This document shows, piece by piece, positions 20,942-30,184 of a stretch of 33,374 bases of DNA (positions are counted from its first letter, which is position 1; each line of letters begins with the position of its first letter). The notes under the pieces are model-generated. The model had not been told where the DNA came from, made no database searches, and saw nothing but the letters and a program-made list of their open reading frames with translations. Origin of the DNA: Polaromonas sp. (lineage in GTDB: Bacteria > Pseudomonadota > Gammaproteobacteria > Burkholderiales > Burkholderiaceae_C); assembly GCA_031419775.1 (NCBI GenBank), contig JANOLL010000451.1:1-33374 (forward strand). The letters run 5' to 3'. A program made the position numbers and the translations under genes.

Positions 20942-22099
20942 GTGAGCCAGAGCGTATCCAAAGCCTATTCCATCGAAGACCTGCGCCGATCTGCGAAACG
21001 ACGATTGCCCAGAGCCGTTTTCGATTTTTTCGATGGCGGCGCTGAGGATGAAATCACGTTGCGAGACAACGCGGCTGCCTACCAGCGCCTCAAGCTTGTG
21101 CCCCGGGTGCTGACGGACGTCTCTGCGATCAACACCAGCACGCTCATTCTGGGGCAGCGAGCCGAACTGCCCATCGCCATCTCCCCAACAGGAGCGGTGG
21201 GTTTTGGCTGGCGCGGCGGCGATATTGCTATTGCCCGCGCCGCTGTAGCGGCCGGTATCCCCTACACACTGTCCAGCACTGCAACGGCTTCCATCGAAAG
21301 CATTGCAGACCAAGCGCCCGGCCGGCTGTGGTTTCAGGCCTATATTTTACGGAACAAGCCCTTCTTGGCCGCGATGATTGAACGCGCCCGTGTCGCGGAC
21401 TACGAAGCTCTGGTGATCACGGTTGACTTGCCGGTCGGCGGCAAACGGGAACGCGACTTTCGCAATGACTTTTCGGTGCCGTTTCGCTTCACACCCAAAA
21501 ACATCTGGGACTTTGCGCAACACCCTAGCTGGCTGTCCAGCATCCTGCGCCACGGTATGCCAGTTATGGAAAATCTAGTGGGCCTAGAAAAGCAGGCTAC
21601 CAGCGCGACTGGAATTGCGTCATCCGTCGGTCGTAACTATGACCCGGCTTTCAATTGGGAGAGTCTCCAAAAAATTCGCGACAGTTGGCCCCGCAAGCTC
21701 ATCGTCAAGGGCGTTCTCAGGCCCGAAGATGCGCAACGGGTTGCCGCGATGGGCTGTGACGCAGTGGTCGTTTCTAATCACGGTGGCCGGCAACTCGACT
21801 GCGCAGTGGCCACCTTTGACGCCTTGCCCTCCATTGTGCGCGCGGTTGACGGTCGAATTCCTGTCCTGCTTGATGGCGGGGTGCGACGCGGTAGCGACAT
21901 TCTCAAAGGTCTGGCACTTGGGGCCCAGGCGGTGATGCTGGGCCGAGCCACGCTCTACGGTGCGTCCGCTGCGGGAGAGGCGGGCGCCAATCGGGCGATT
22001 GCCATTTTGAAAGATGAGTTGACGCGCAGCATGCAGCTGTGCGGCGTGCCACAGATCAGTGAAGTAGATGCCTCGCTGCTGTTCGCGCCGAGTCCGTGA
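20942..22099 (+). CDS. FMN-dependent alpha-hydroxy-acid dehydrogenase, (S)-mandelate dehydrogenase (MdlB)-like
   Basis: SPTG, LWFQAY, KRERD, membrane-binding-type segment HPSW..ILRHGMP, FNWE, WPRKLIVKG, SNHGGRQLDCA, RRGSDI, LGRATLYG. The family call is certain; the MdlB subfamily call is from recall. Confidence 0.85.
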   Translation: MSQSVSKAYSIEDLRRSAKRRLPRAVFDFFDGGAEDEITLRDNAAAYQRLKLVPRVLTDVSAINTSTLILGQRAELPIAISPTGAVGFGWRGGDIAIARAAVAAGIPYTLSSTATASIESIADQAPGRLWFQAYILRNKPFLAAMIERARVADYEALVITVDLPVGGKRERDFRNDFSVPFRFTPKNIWDFAQHPSWLSSILRHGMPVMENLVGLEKQATSATGIASSVGRNYDPAFNWESLQKIRDSWPRKLIVKGVLRPEDAQRVAAMGCDAVVVSNHGGRQLDCAVATFDALPSIVRAVDGRIPVLLDGGVRRGSDILKGLALGAQAVMLGRATLYGASAAGEAGANRAIAILKDELTRSMQLCGVPQISEVDASLLFAPSP

Positions 22100-22215
22100 A
22101 CGCCTTACAACCTGACTTGCAATCACTCTCTCAGTGAGCCCTCTGAAAGTTTGTGCGGTTTTACACCCGATGCTTGCCATTTGCACGCAGATTCAAACTA
22201 CTCCTGGAGACCCTG

Positions 22216-22644
22216 ATGCCTTTCTCTACTACTTTTAAGCGTCTGCTCGCTGGCACTTCCATCGCATTTCTGACGCTAAGTCTGCTTGCCGGCTGTGCCG
22301 CACTGATGCCTGCTCAATCCGTGTCACTGCTTGAACCCGCAGACGGCGCTACCGTCGGGACAAGCTTCAAGGTACGGTTTGGAGTGAAGGGCATGGCCGT
22401 AGCGCTTGCCGGTGCCATAGTGCCTGATAGCGGTCACCATCATTTGCTGATCAACAAAATGCCAGTGGCCAAGGGCGAATCGGTTCCTTTCGATGACCAG
22501 CACAGGCATTTCGGTGCCGGACAAACGGAGGCTATGGTGACGCTGCCACCGGGGCAGTACAAGCTGACCTCGCAATTTGCCAACGGCGCGCACCAGTCTT
22601 ATGGTGCGCCCATGAGCGCTACGATCCAGATCACGGTGAAATAA
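22216..22644 (+). CDS. DUF4399-like lipoprotein
   Basis: Lipobox LAGC, SGHHHLLIN, HFGAGQTE, LPPGQYKLT, ANGAHQSYG. ATG follows GGAG. Confidence 0.8.
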   Translation: MPFSTTFKRLLAGTSIAFLTLSLLAGCAALMPAQSVSLLEPADGATVGTSFKVRFGVKGMAVALAGAIVPDSGHHHLLINKMPVAKGESVPFDDQHRHFGAGQTEAMVTLPPGQYKLTSQFANGAHQSYGAPMSATIQITVK

Positions 22645-22664
22645 CCACCCGGTTGGGCTGCATG

Positions 22665-22700
22665 AGCGGTAGGCAGCGTCAAGTTGCCTACCGCTTTTTT
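22665..22700 (+). terminator. Rho-independent terminator between the converging arms
   Basis: AGCGGTAGGCAGC-GTCAA-GTTGCCTACCGCT followed by a T run. Confidence 0.85.
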
Positions 22701-22703
22701 GCA

Positions 22704-24176
22704 TCAACCGAGCTTTAAGTTCACATTTTTCGTATAAGTGAATTCCATCAGCTCGGAAAAACATTCCTCGCGCCCGATTCCGGATTGCTTTACGCCCCCA
22801 AATGGGGCGCCCATAAAGTGCTGACTGGCGTTGTTGATCCAGACGTAGCCAGTATGAATGCGTTGAGCAGCGCGGTGGGCAGTGTTGAGGTTTTGTGTCC
22901 AAATAGAGCCCGTCAGGCCAAAATCCACGCCGTTGACCTGTTCCCAAAGAGTGTTCTCGTCGCGCCATTTAAATACCGACATCACCGGGCCAAAAACCTC
23001 TTCTTGTGCCAGCCGCATGCTGGGTTGCATATCGGCAAACACCGTGGCTTCGTAGAAAAAGCCGTCTTTTAATGCCTCGTCATCGGGCTGCCTGCCGCCG
23101 CACATCAGCCTGCCGCCGTCTTCAAGCCCCATGGCTACGTAGCGCTGCACCTTTTCAAGCTGGGCGCGGCTGACGAGCGAGCCCATGGTGGTTTTGGGGT
23201 CGGTCGGTATACCGGGCTTGTGCCGTTCCGGCAGCAGCTTGACTACTTTTTCAAGCACTTCGTCGTGAATCGATTCATGCAAAAACACACGACTGGTGGA
23301 GCCGCAGCTTTGACCCGACCAGGTGAAGTTCATGCCGGCGATGATGCCGTTCACCAGTTTGTCGAGATCGGCATCGGCGTAAGCGACCAGCGCGTTTTTA
23401 CCACCCAACTCCAAAAGAACCGGTTTGAGGTGATCCGAAGCCGTCTTCATTACCGCCTTACCGGTGGGCACACCGCCAATCAGCGTGATTTTCCGAACCA
23501 GGGGGTGTCGGCTCATGGCGTCTCCACATTCCAATCCACCACACAAAAAATTGGCTACGCCGGGAGGAAAGATGTCGCCCACCAATTCCGCCAGACGGAG
23601 TATCGACAGCGGTGCCTGATCGGGCGACTTGATCACGACCGTGTTGCCCGCCGCCAGGGGCGCGGCCAATCGTGCGGCGGCAAACATGAACGGGTGGTTG
23701 TAGGCGACGATGCGGGCGATCACGCCTAGCGGCTCCTGCAGCGTGTAGTTGAAGTTGCCATCGCCCATGGGGATGGTCTCGCCCTTGACCTCGGTGGCCA
23801 GGCCAGAAAAGTAATCCAGACAGTCGGCAGCAAAGCCCGCATCCATAGCCAGGGCTGATACCGGGTTACCGTTATTGAGCGAATCAAGCAGGGCCAGTGG
23901 GCCCGCATAGTCGCGCAGTGCTGCCGCGGCCTTGCGCAGGTAACGCCCACGCTCGACGGGAGGCGTAGCGGCCCAGGCCGGAAATGCAGCCTGCGCCGCC
24001 CTGACCGCCGCATCGACGTCATCGGCATCGGCCACAGGCGCGGTCGCGATGGCTTCGTTGTAGCTCGGGTTGATGGTCTCCAAATAGCGACCCGCCTTGG
24101 GCGCGTGCCAGGCACCACCATAGTAGAGGCCGCGCTGCGTGGGCAAGATGCCGGCGGGGATGTCTTTCGCGCGCAT
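22704..24176 (-). CDS. Aldehyde dehydrogenase, PhdK (2-carboxybenzaldehyde dehydrogenase)-like
   Basis: GVIARIVAYNHPFMFAAARLAAPLAAGN, PDQAPLS, LELGGKNA, GMNFTWSGQSCGSTSR. The NHP (rather than WNFP) and MNFTW..GQSCGSTSR signatures match my recollection of Nocardioides PhdK. Confidence 0.85.
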   Translation of the reverse strand: MRAKDIPAGILPTQRGLYYGGAWHAPKAGRYLETINPSYNEAIATAPVADADDVDAAVRAAQAAFPAWAATPPVERGRYLRKAAAALRDYAGPLALLDSLNNGNPVSALAMDAGFAADCLDYFSGLATEVKGETIPMGDGNFNYTLQEPLGVIARIVAYNHPFMFAAARLAAPLAAGNTVVIKSPDQAPLSILRLAELVGDIFPPGVANFLCGGLECGDAMSRHPLVRKITLIGGVPTGKAVMKTASDHLKPVLLELGGKNALVAYADADLDKLVNGIIAGMNFTWSGQSCGSTSRVFLHESIHDEVLEKVVKLLPERHKPGIPTDPKTTMGSLVSRAQLEKVQRYVAMGLEDGGRLMCGGRQPDDEALKDGFFYEATVFADMQPSMRLAQEEVFGPVMSVFKWRDENTLWEQVNGVDFGLTGSIWTQNLNTAHRAAQRIHTGYVWINNASQHFMGAPFGGVKQSGIGREECFSELMEFTYTKNVNLKLG

Positions 24177-24213
24177 GAATTCCGTTCCTCAAAAATCAAG
24201 TGCTATCAATTGG

Positions 24214-26019
24214 CTAGTCTGATGTCCGTGTCAATCCAGCAGTCATTGCCGCGCTGTAGCCAGTCTGCACCACGACATCGACCACCACCGTTGCACCGTT
24301 TTTGACGGCCGCAATCGCCTCTTCCAGCACCCGCTCAAGTTCAGCGGCGTCCTCGACCGGCCCCATCCCCGTGAGCCCCTGGCCGCGCGCCATCATGGCC
24401 AGGTCGGGCGCAGGGTCGCTGATGCGCTGGCCTATCCAGCGGTTTTCAATCGGCCGCTGGCGTTGGCGCGCCACGCGCTCCTGATGTACCTCATCATTGA
24501 AAAACGATCGGTTGTTGCACACCACTACCAGCATGGGGATGCGTGCATTGGCAGCCGTCCACAGCGCGTTGACACCCATCATGTAGTCGCCGTCGCCAAT
24601 CACGGCAATGGGCAATCGATCGGTTCCTTTTAACGCAAGTGCAGAGCCAATCGACATGCCAGGGCCGGAGCCGATTCCACCGCCGCCGTCGTAGCCCAGA
24701 AAGTCCAGCGGATGCTTGAAGTCCCACATCTCGCCACTCCAGCTCAGCGGCAAGCGCATCAGGCAAACTTTTTGATCTCCCACCGCGCGTTTCAATATCG
24801 CAGCTAGCGTGGTGACCGTCATATTGCTGGCACCTGACGCTCCTGGCACGATCTGCATCGGCACCACGGCGGGAAGCGGCCTTTTGACAGGGGCCGGTGA
24901 GCTGCGCGGAATGAGCTGCTGGTTCAGCAAAGTCACTGCCGGTTCGGGTTCACACAGCAAAAACAGGTCCACCGGCGGCAGACCTTGGTGGTCCATGCTC
25001 CAGCCGTTATGGCTGTAGTGATCGACTGACACCTGAATGATTTTGCTGCCTACGGTTCTATCGGCCCAAACTTGCTTGAGCGTGCCCGACAGGTCAAGCC
25101 AATCCAGACTCAGCACCACATCTGCCTCACGCAGCACAGCTTGTGCATTGGGCGTAAGAAAAGCACCCGCCGGTGCGGCATGCAACGGGTGATCGGTCGG
25201 AAAGGCCGCGCCTATGCGCAAGTCAGTCAGCACTTCTGCATTCAGCGTTTCTGCCAGTTTGATTCGCTCCGCCCATGCCGCTTCTCCGCGTGAAACCCTG
25301 CCCATCAAAATGACCGGGCGACTGGCTTGTGACAGCCATTCCGCAGCTTGCACCACCACACCCTCCGATGGCCGTGCGGGCGGGGGGGCCAGATAACGCG
25401 TCGGATCAGGCAGCGTCGGCCGCTCACTTAGTTTTGACTCCTGGAGTGCAGCGTCAAAGCACACGTACACCGGCCCCTGCGGCGCAGTGGTGGCTATTTG
25501 CCGCGCGCGCAGCAACGCCTCTTGCGCTGACGGAATCGACGCAGGCTGGCAGTCCCACTTGATAAAGTGGCGCACCAACGCAGCCTGATCTTGTGCGGTA
25601 TGAATCCAGTCAATCCAGGGCCGACGTTTGTTGGCATCGACCGGGCCGGTAGCGCCCAACACGATGACCGGTACCCTATCTACCCAGGCATCAAAAATGG
25701 CCATCGATCCATGCATCAAGCCCACATTGCTATGCAAAATCGCTATCAGCGGTTTGCCAGTGACCTTGGCGTACCCGTGGGCGATTGAAACAGCGTGCTC
25801 TTCATGCAGGACCACCATCATTTGTGGTTTTTCGTTGCCCAGGTGATTGACGATGCTGTCATGCAGCCCCCTGAAGCTTGCGCCCGGGTTAAGGAGCACA
25901 AATGGAATATCCAAGGCACGCAGCATGTCAGCGATGACGTCACTGGCCCAGATCGTGTCATTGGCCCCGGATGGCGCGGGGACGTCACGGCGCACGGCAG
26001 CACCAGCGGGAACGGTCAT
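24214..26019 (-). CDS. ThDP-dependent enzyme (acetolactate synthase / benzoylformate decarboxylase superfamily)
   Basis: LNPGASFRGLHDS, LHEEHAVSIAHGYA (catalytic Glu), GDGDYMMG...CNNRSF ThDP motif. ATG 26019 follows AGGAG. Confidence 0.9.
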   Translation of the reverse strand: MTVPAGAAVRRDVPAPSGANDTIWASDVIADMLRALDIPFVLLNPGASFRGLHDSIVNHLGNEKPQMMVVLHEEHAVSIAHGYAKVTGKPLIAILHSNVGLMHGSMAIFDAWVDRVPVIVLGATGPVDANKRRPWIDWIHTAQDQAALVRHFIKWDCQPASIPSAQEALLRARQIATTAPQGPVYVCFDAALQESKLSERPTLPDPTRYLAPPPARPSEGVVVQAAEWLSQASRPVILMGRVSRGEAAWAERIKLAETLNAEVLTDLRIGAAFPTDHPLHAAPAGAFLTPNAQAVLREADVVLSLDWLDLSGTLKQVWADRTVGSKIIQVSVDHYSHNGWSMDHQGLPPVDLFLLCEPEPAVTLLNQQLIPRSSPAPVKRPLPAVVPMQIVPGASGASNMTVTTLAAILKRAVGDQKVCLMRLPLSWSGEMWDFKHPLDFLGYDGGGGIGSGPGMSIGSALALKGTDRLPIAVIGDGDYMMGVNALWTAANARIPMLVVVCNNRSFFNDEVHQERVARQRQRPIENRWIGQRISDPAPDLAMMARGQGLTGMGPVEDAAELERVLEEAIAAVKNGATVVVDVVVQTGYSAAMTAGLTRTSD

Positions 26020-26062
26020 GAAATCTCCTGCGGAAAAAATCAAAAATGAAGGGCTAGAAAAT

Positions 26063-27049
26063 CTAGTCAGGCGTGATGTTGGCAGCCTTGATCACAGCGG
26101 CCCAACGTTTCTGGTCACTCGCAATCAATTTCGAAAAGTCGGCGGGCGAACTGGTCTCGGCATAAATACCCTGCTCGGCCAGCTTGCCTTGCACCTCGGG
26201 CAATGCCAGGGAACGACGTAGTTCGGCATTGAGCTTATTGATGATGGCAGGCGGTGTTTTGGCCGGGGCCACCATACCTATCCAAATATCGCTTTCATAA
26301 TTGGAGACGGTTTCCGCAATGGTCGGCACATTGGGTAAAAGATCAAGACGCTTGGTGCCCGTGGTTCCAAGCGCCCTGATTTTTCCACTGCGAATATGCG
26401 GCAACGCCGAATTGAGGGGGCAAAACATCACGTCCACCGTTCCGCCTAGCACATCGACCAACGCAGGCGCCGAGCCCTTGTAAGGGATGTGTGTGAACTT
26501 AGTAGTCGTCATGGACTTGAAGACTTCTGCAGCCATATGCTGCGGACTACCGGAGCCAGCGGAGGCGTAGGAAAACTTGTCTGGATTGGCCTTGGCCTGG
26601 GCAATCAACTCGGTCACCGAGTTTGCCGTCATCTTGGGCGAGACCACCAGCACCATGGGTACGCGGCCCAGCATGGACACCCCCTGCAAGTCCCTGAGCA
26701 CATCAAAGGGCAGCTTGGGGTAGAGCACCGGATTGACGGAAACAGTCTGATTCGGAGCGATGGCAATCGTATAACCGTCACCCTCTGCTTTGGCCATGAA
26801 CTCCGTGGCAATGTTGCCCGCTGCACCCGGCTTGTTTTCGACGATCACGGGTTGTCCAAAAGTCTCTGACATCTTTTGTGCGAGGATGCGGGCCAGCACA
26901 TCGTTGGATCCGCCTGGCGGCAACGGCACCACGATGCGGATGGGCTTGCTTGGGTAGTCCTGCGACCAAGCAGGGGACATTCCGAGAGCGCTGACGACGG
27001 CAGTGGCCATACACACTGCTACCAGCCATGTTCGACGATCAAATTTCAT
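26063..27049 (-). CDS. Bug/TctC substrate-binding protein
   Basis: YPSKPIRIVVPLPPGGSND, ENKPGAAG, HIPYKGS. Confidence 0.93.
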   Translation of the reverse strand: MKFDRRTWLVAVCMATAVVSALGMSPAWSQDYPSKPIRIVVPLPPGGSNDVLARILAQKMSETFGQPVIVENKPGAAGNIATEFMAKAEGDGYTIAIAPNQTVSVNPVLYPKLPFDVLRDLQGVSMLGRVPMVLVVSPKMTANSVTELIAQAKANPDKFSYASAGSGSPQHMAAEVFKSMTTTKFTHIPYKGSAPALVDVLGGTVDVMFCPLNSALPHIRSGKIRALGTTGTKRLDLLPNVPTIAETVSNYESDIWIGMVAPAKTPPAIINKLNAELRRSLALPEVQGKLAEQGIYAETSSPADFSKLIASDQKRWAAVIKAANITPD

Positions 27050-27143
27050 GTTTGTCTCCTGGAGTTATTCAATCTACACCGATGGTAGTGACAGGTTTCG
27101 AATCAATCAATCGGAGATCTGAAACAGAGAACTGGCCGCTGCG

Positions 27144-28091
27144 TCAGCGCGTGACAACGATAAAAATTCCAAGCAGAGTCAGCCCCGCTCCCGCCAGCGT
27201 CGTGGCCGTGATGTCATCCTGACCTCTCCATATCAGGTGACTGAGCGGGAACACCAGAATCGGTGTACACAAAGTAACCAGAGTCGCCACCGAAAGCGGT
27301 ATGTAACGCATGGCACTGATCACACACATCTGAGCTGAAATAGTACAGATCCCGATCAGGACGTAAAGACAGACGCCCCGGCGGTCTGAGTTTTTCCATT
27401 CTCGCAGACGAACATTGGAATCGGACTGATGTTTGCCGGTGTTAAACACCAGCTGCAAAATCAGCCCGCAGGCTGCGCCAGCCAGGGCACCCACTACGGG
27501 CTCATCCCATGAGCGTACGGCCGAACCGCGCAAGACATTTCCAATCGCATAAGCCAATGAACTGCCTAGGCCCAATAAAAATACCGACTGAAGAAGGCGC
27601 TGATGCAGACCTGCCTGCGCCGATGTCTCCGATGGGCCGCGACTGAAAAACCCGGGCTTGTAACTCACCAGCATCAAGCCGAAGATGCTCAGCAACATGC
27701 CGAATGCCAACACACCTGTCATGCCCTCACCCAGTACCAACCAAGCCATCACGGCAGTAAAAAGCGGACTACTGATCTGAAAAATACTGGCCTTTGCTGG
27801 ACCAAATCGCACCACAGATTCGTAGAAGAACCAGCGACCGAGATAGGTGGAAAAGCCGCCCGCCACAGCGAAAAGCGCCAGCGCCTGCAGGTTCCATTGC
27901 AGGGGATCGATCCGTAATCCGAGTTGCAATGTGACCGCCAATGCTGCAAAAACCACGTTGACGACCGTGGCGATCATAAAACCGGGACCCAGTGGTATTC
28001 GCCGCGCGGCAGCCTTGGTGGTCAAGATGGCAACAGTAAAAAGCAGCAAGGCCAACGCTGACAACACATAGCCCCAGGTCGTGTCAGCCAT
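27144..28091 (-). CDS. EamA/DMT family transporter
   Basis: About 10 hydrophobic segments in two repeats; GPAKASIFQISSPLFTAVMAWLVLGE. Confidence 0.85.
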   Translation of the reverse strand: MADTTWGYVLSALALLLFTVAILTTKAAARRIPLGPGFMIATVVNVVFAALAVTLQLGLRIDPLQWNLQALALFAVAGGFSTYLGRWFFYESVVRFGPAKASIFQISSPLFTAVMAWLVLGEGMTGVLAFGMLLSIFGLMLVSYKPGFFSRGPSETSAQAGLHQRLLQSVFLLGLGSSLAYAIGNVLRGSAVRSWDEPVVGALAGAACGLILQLVFNTGKHQSDSNVRLREWKNSDRRGVCLYVLIGICTISAQMCVISAMRYIPLSVATLVTLCTPILVFPLSHLIWRGQDDITATTLAGAGLTLLGIFIVVTR

Positions 28092-28123
28092 CAGAAATTG
28101 CCTGCCCGCGTCAGGTGTCGCAA

Positions 28124-29116
28124 TTAAATCTTGAAGGCTTCGAGCGATTCCGGTGCAAACAGCTCTCGTGGCTCCAACAAGCGCTTTGAAAGACCTTGCT
28201 CAAACGAATAACGCAAAAAGGTCTGCAGGGTCGCCTCATTTTTTTCGAACCCATAGGGCCAGAAGTCCGGACCCATTTCGAGCTTGACCTGCTCAACATG
28301 TGAGGTCAACCAAGGCAACATCACCTTGAGCGCGGCGGTTTCGTAAAGGTCGTCGTAAGTGCGGCGCTGGGATTCTTCAAGCGCCTTCATCATTGAGCGT
28401 GCTATCCAGCGGTTGGCTTCATACACGTCACGGCGAATCGCTACGGTGTGCATGATGGGGAACATAAGGGTTTGCTTGAAGTAGTTGCGCTCCACCTGCT
28501 CGTAATCCTCAAATAGTCTTTTGACTTTTCCACCACCTTTTAGAAAGCTGGAGGGCATCCTGGCCGTGTAGAGCGCGTCGATCTCACCATCTAACAGCAT
28601 CTGGGCCAGTGTCTGCTCGGGGCCAATGCTGTGCACCTTGATGTTGGCGGGCAAATCGAGCTTTATTTTTTCTGACCGACCTGGCTCTTCCTCGCCACCG
28701 GTGTAATACGTCACGCTGTCTACCGGAACGCCGTAATGGTCGGACAAAATACCGCGAATCCACACCGGCGCAGTCATCTGGTACTCCGGGTTGCCCACGC
28801 GTTTCCCAATCAGGTCTTTGGCTTCGCGAATACCGGCTTTGGCGTTGATATAGATGCAGGAATGACGGAAAAAGCGCGATGGAAAAACTGGAATCGCTAC
28901 AAACGGCCGAGGTTCTTTGAACATCGAGACCGTGTACGACGACAAGGACATTTCGGCGACGTCAAACTCCTTGTGCCTCAGCATGCGAAAAAAAGTTTCT
29001 TCAACCGGCATACTGAGGTAGTTCAGGTCGATGCCATCCGGCTGGACACTACCGTCCATTAGCGCCCGAGTTCGGTCGTAGTTCCAGCATCCAAAAGTGA
29101 GTTGGAGTTTAGACAT
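28124..29116 (-). CDS. ophC: 4,5-dihydroxyphthalate decarboxylase
   Basis: CWNYDRTRALMDG, EETFFRML, FDVAEMSLSSY, PVFPSRFFRHS, PEYQMTAPVWIRG, FPIMH; lies in phthalate dioxygenase context. Confidence 0.85.
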   Translation of the reverse strand: MSKLQLTFGCWNYDRTRALMDGSVQPDGIDLNYLSMPVEETFFRMLRHKEFDVAEMSLSSYTVSMFKEPRPFVAIPVFPSRFFRHSCIYINAKAGIREAKDLIGKRVGNPEYQMTAPVWIRGILSDHYGVPVDSVTYYTGGEEEPGRSEKIKLDLPANIKVHSIGPEQTLAQMLLDGEIDALYTARMPSSFLKGGGKVKRLFEDYEQVERNYFKQTLMFPIMHTVAIRRDVYEANRWIARSMMKALEESQRRTYDDLYETAALKVMLPWLTSHVEQVKLEMGPDFWPYGFEKNEATLQTFLRYSFEQGLSKRLLEPRELFAPESLEAFKI

Positions 29117-29118
29117 GC

Positions 29119-30102
29119 CTACTCGGCCTTGATACCAGCGACAGCAATCGCTTTGGCTAGTCGCTGGTTTTCATCCAGAATGGCCTTGTTGTAGTCAGCT
29201 GGCGAGCCGCCAATCGGATCGACGCCAGCGTTGTTGAGGGTCTGAATCACCTCAGGCATTTTGGCAATGACCGCCATCTCTGCGCCGATGCGTTCGATCA
29301 CGCTGGCTGGTGTACCGGTAGCTGCCAAAACACCGACGATGGGCGCAAAGTCAAAACCCGAAATGGTTTCCGCCAGTGCGGGCACATTGGGCGCCTGGCT
29401 AGAGCGCTGCGCTGCGTTCGATGCCAGAAGCTTGACCTGCCCTGCCTTTACAAACCCCACCAGCGACGGCAGCGCAGAGAACAAGACCTCTACCTGCCCG
29501 CCAATCAATGCTGGGACGGACTGTCCGGATCCCTTAAAAGGCACATGCGTCAAATCAATACCGAGAGCAGCTTTCATCGCCTCCATGGTCAGGTGATGGG
29601 TGCTGCCAATGCCCGATGATCCGTAGTTGAGCGTGCCCGGTTTGGACTTGGCAAGCGCTATGAATTCCTGCAATGTATTGACCGGTACCTTGGGATGGAC
29701 GGCCAGGTACAGCGGGGCCCGTGCGGCCAATGAGACGGGCATGAAATCTCTTTTGTATTCGTATCCCAGATTCTTGTAGATGGCAGGATTGATGGAAAAC
29801 ATCGAACCATCCGTGACCAAAAACGTGTACCCGTCTTTGGGCGACGAAGCCAGCACCTGCGCCGCCACTACACCGTTAGCACCCGGTTTGTTGTCTACCA
29901 CCACCGACTGCCCCAGCTTGTCGCCGAGCCGCTGTGCAAAGATGCGAGCAACCGTGTCTGGCAGACCCCCGGCCGAATAAGGCACAACAAATTTGATCGG
30001 TTTGTTGGGGTAGGAGCCTTGGGCCAGCACCGAAAGCGGCGCTGAAAAAAGGCCCGCCGCAATGCTGATGGCCGTGAGAGATAGGACTTGGCGTTTTTTC
30101 AA
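29119..30102 (-). CDS. Bug/TctC substrate-binding protein (candidate phthalate receptor)
   Basis: TTG 30102 follows AGGAG; signal peptide, YPNKPIKFVVPYSAGGLPD, HVPFKG. Confidence 0.9.
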   Translation of the reverse strand: MKKRQVLSLTAISIAAGLFSAPLSVLAQGSYPNKPIKFVVPYSAGGLPDTVARIFAQRLGDKLGQSVVVDNKPGANGVVAAQVLASSPKDGYTFLVTDGSMFSINPAIYKNLGYEYKRDFMPVSLAARAPLYLAVHPKVPVNTLQEFIALAKSKPGTLNYGSSGIGSTHHLTMEAMKAALGIDLTHVPFKGSGQSVPALIGGQVEVLFSALPSLVGFVKAGQVKLLASNAAQRSSQAPNVPALAETISGFDFAPIVGVLAATGTPASVIERIGAEMAVIAKMPEVIQTLNNAGVDPIGGSPADYNKAILDENQRLAKAIAVAGIKAE

Positions 30103-30184
30103 GATGTGTCTCCTGGATGACTGAAATGGAAAGTGACTCCCCATTTTTGCGGCGACATGGCCCGCAAAGCAATACGGGTTGCCG

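Noticed and set aside
24201-24218. TGCTATCAATTGGCTAG, similar to the end of the gluQ element
   Set aside because: Too short and not a matching palindrome; the rest of the element is absent.
19905-30114. Shared GGAGAC motif before the three Bug genes and DUF4399
   Set aside because: Explained as an ordinary Shine-Dalgarno context.
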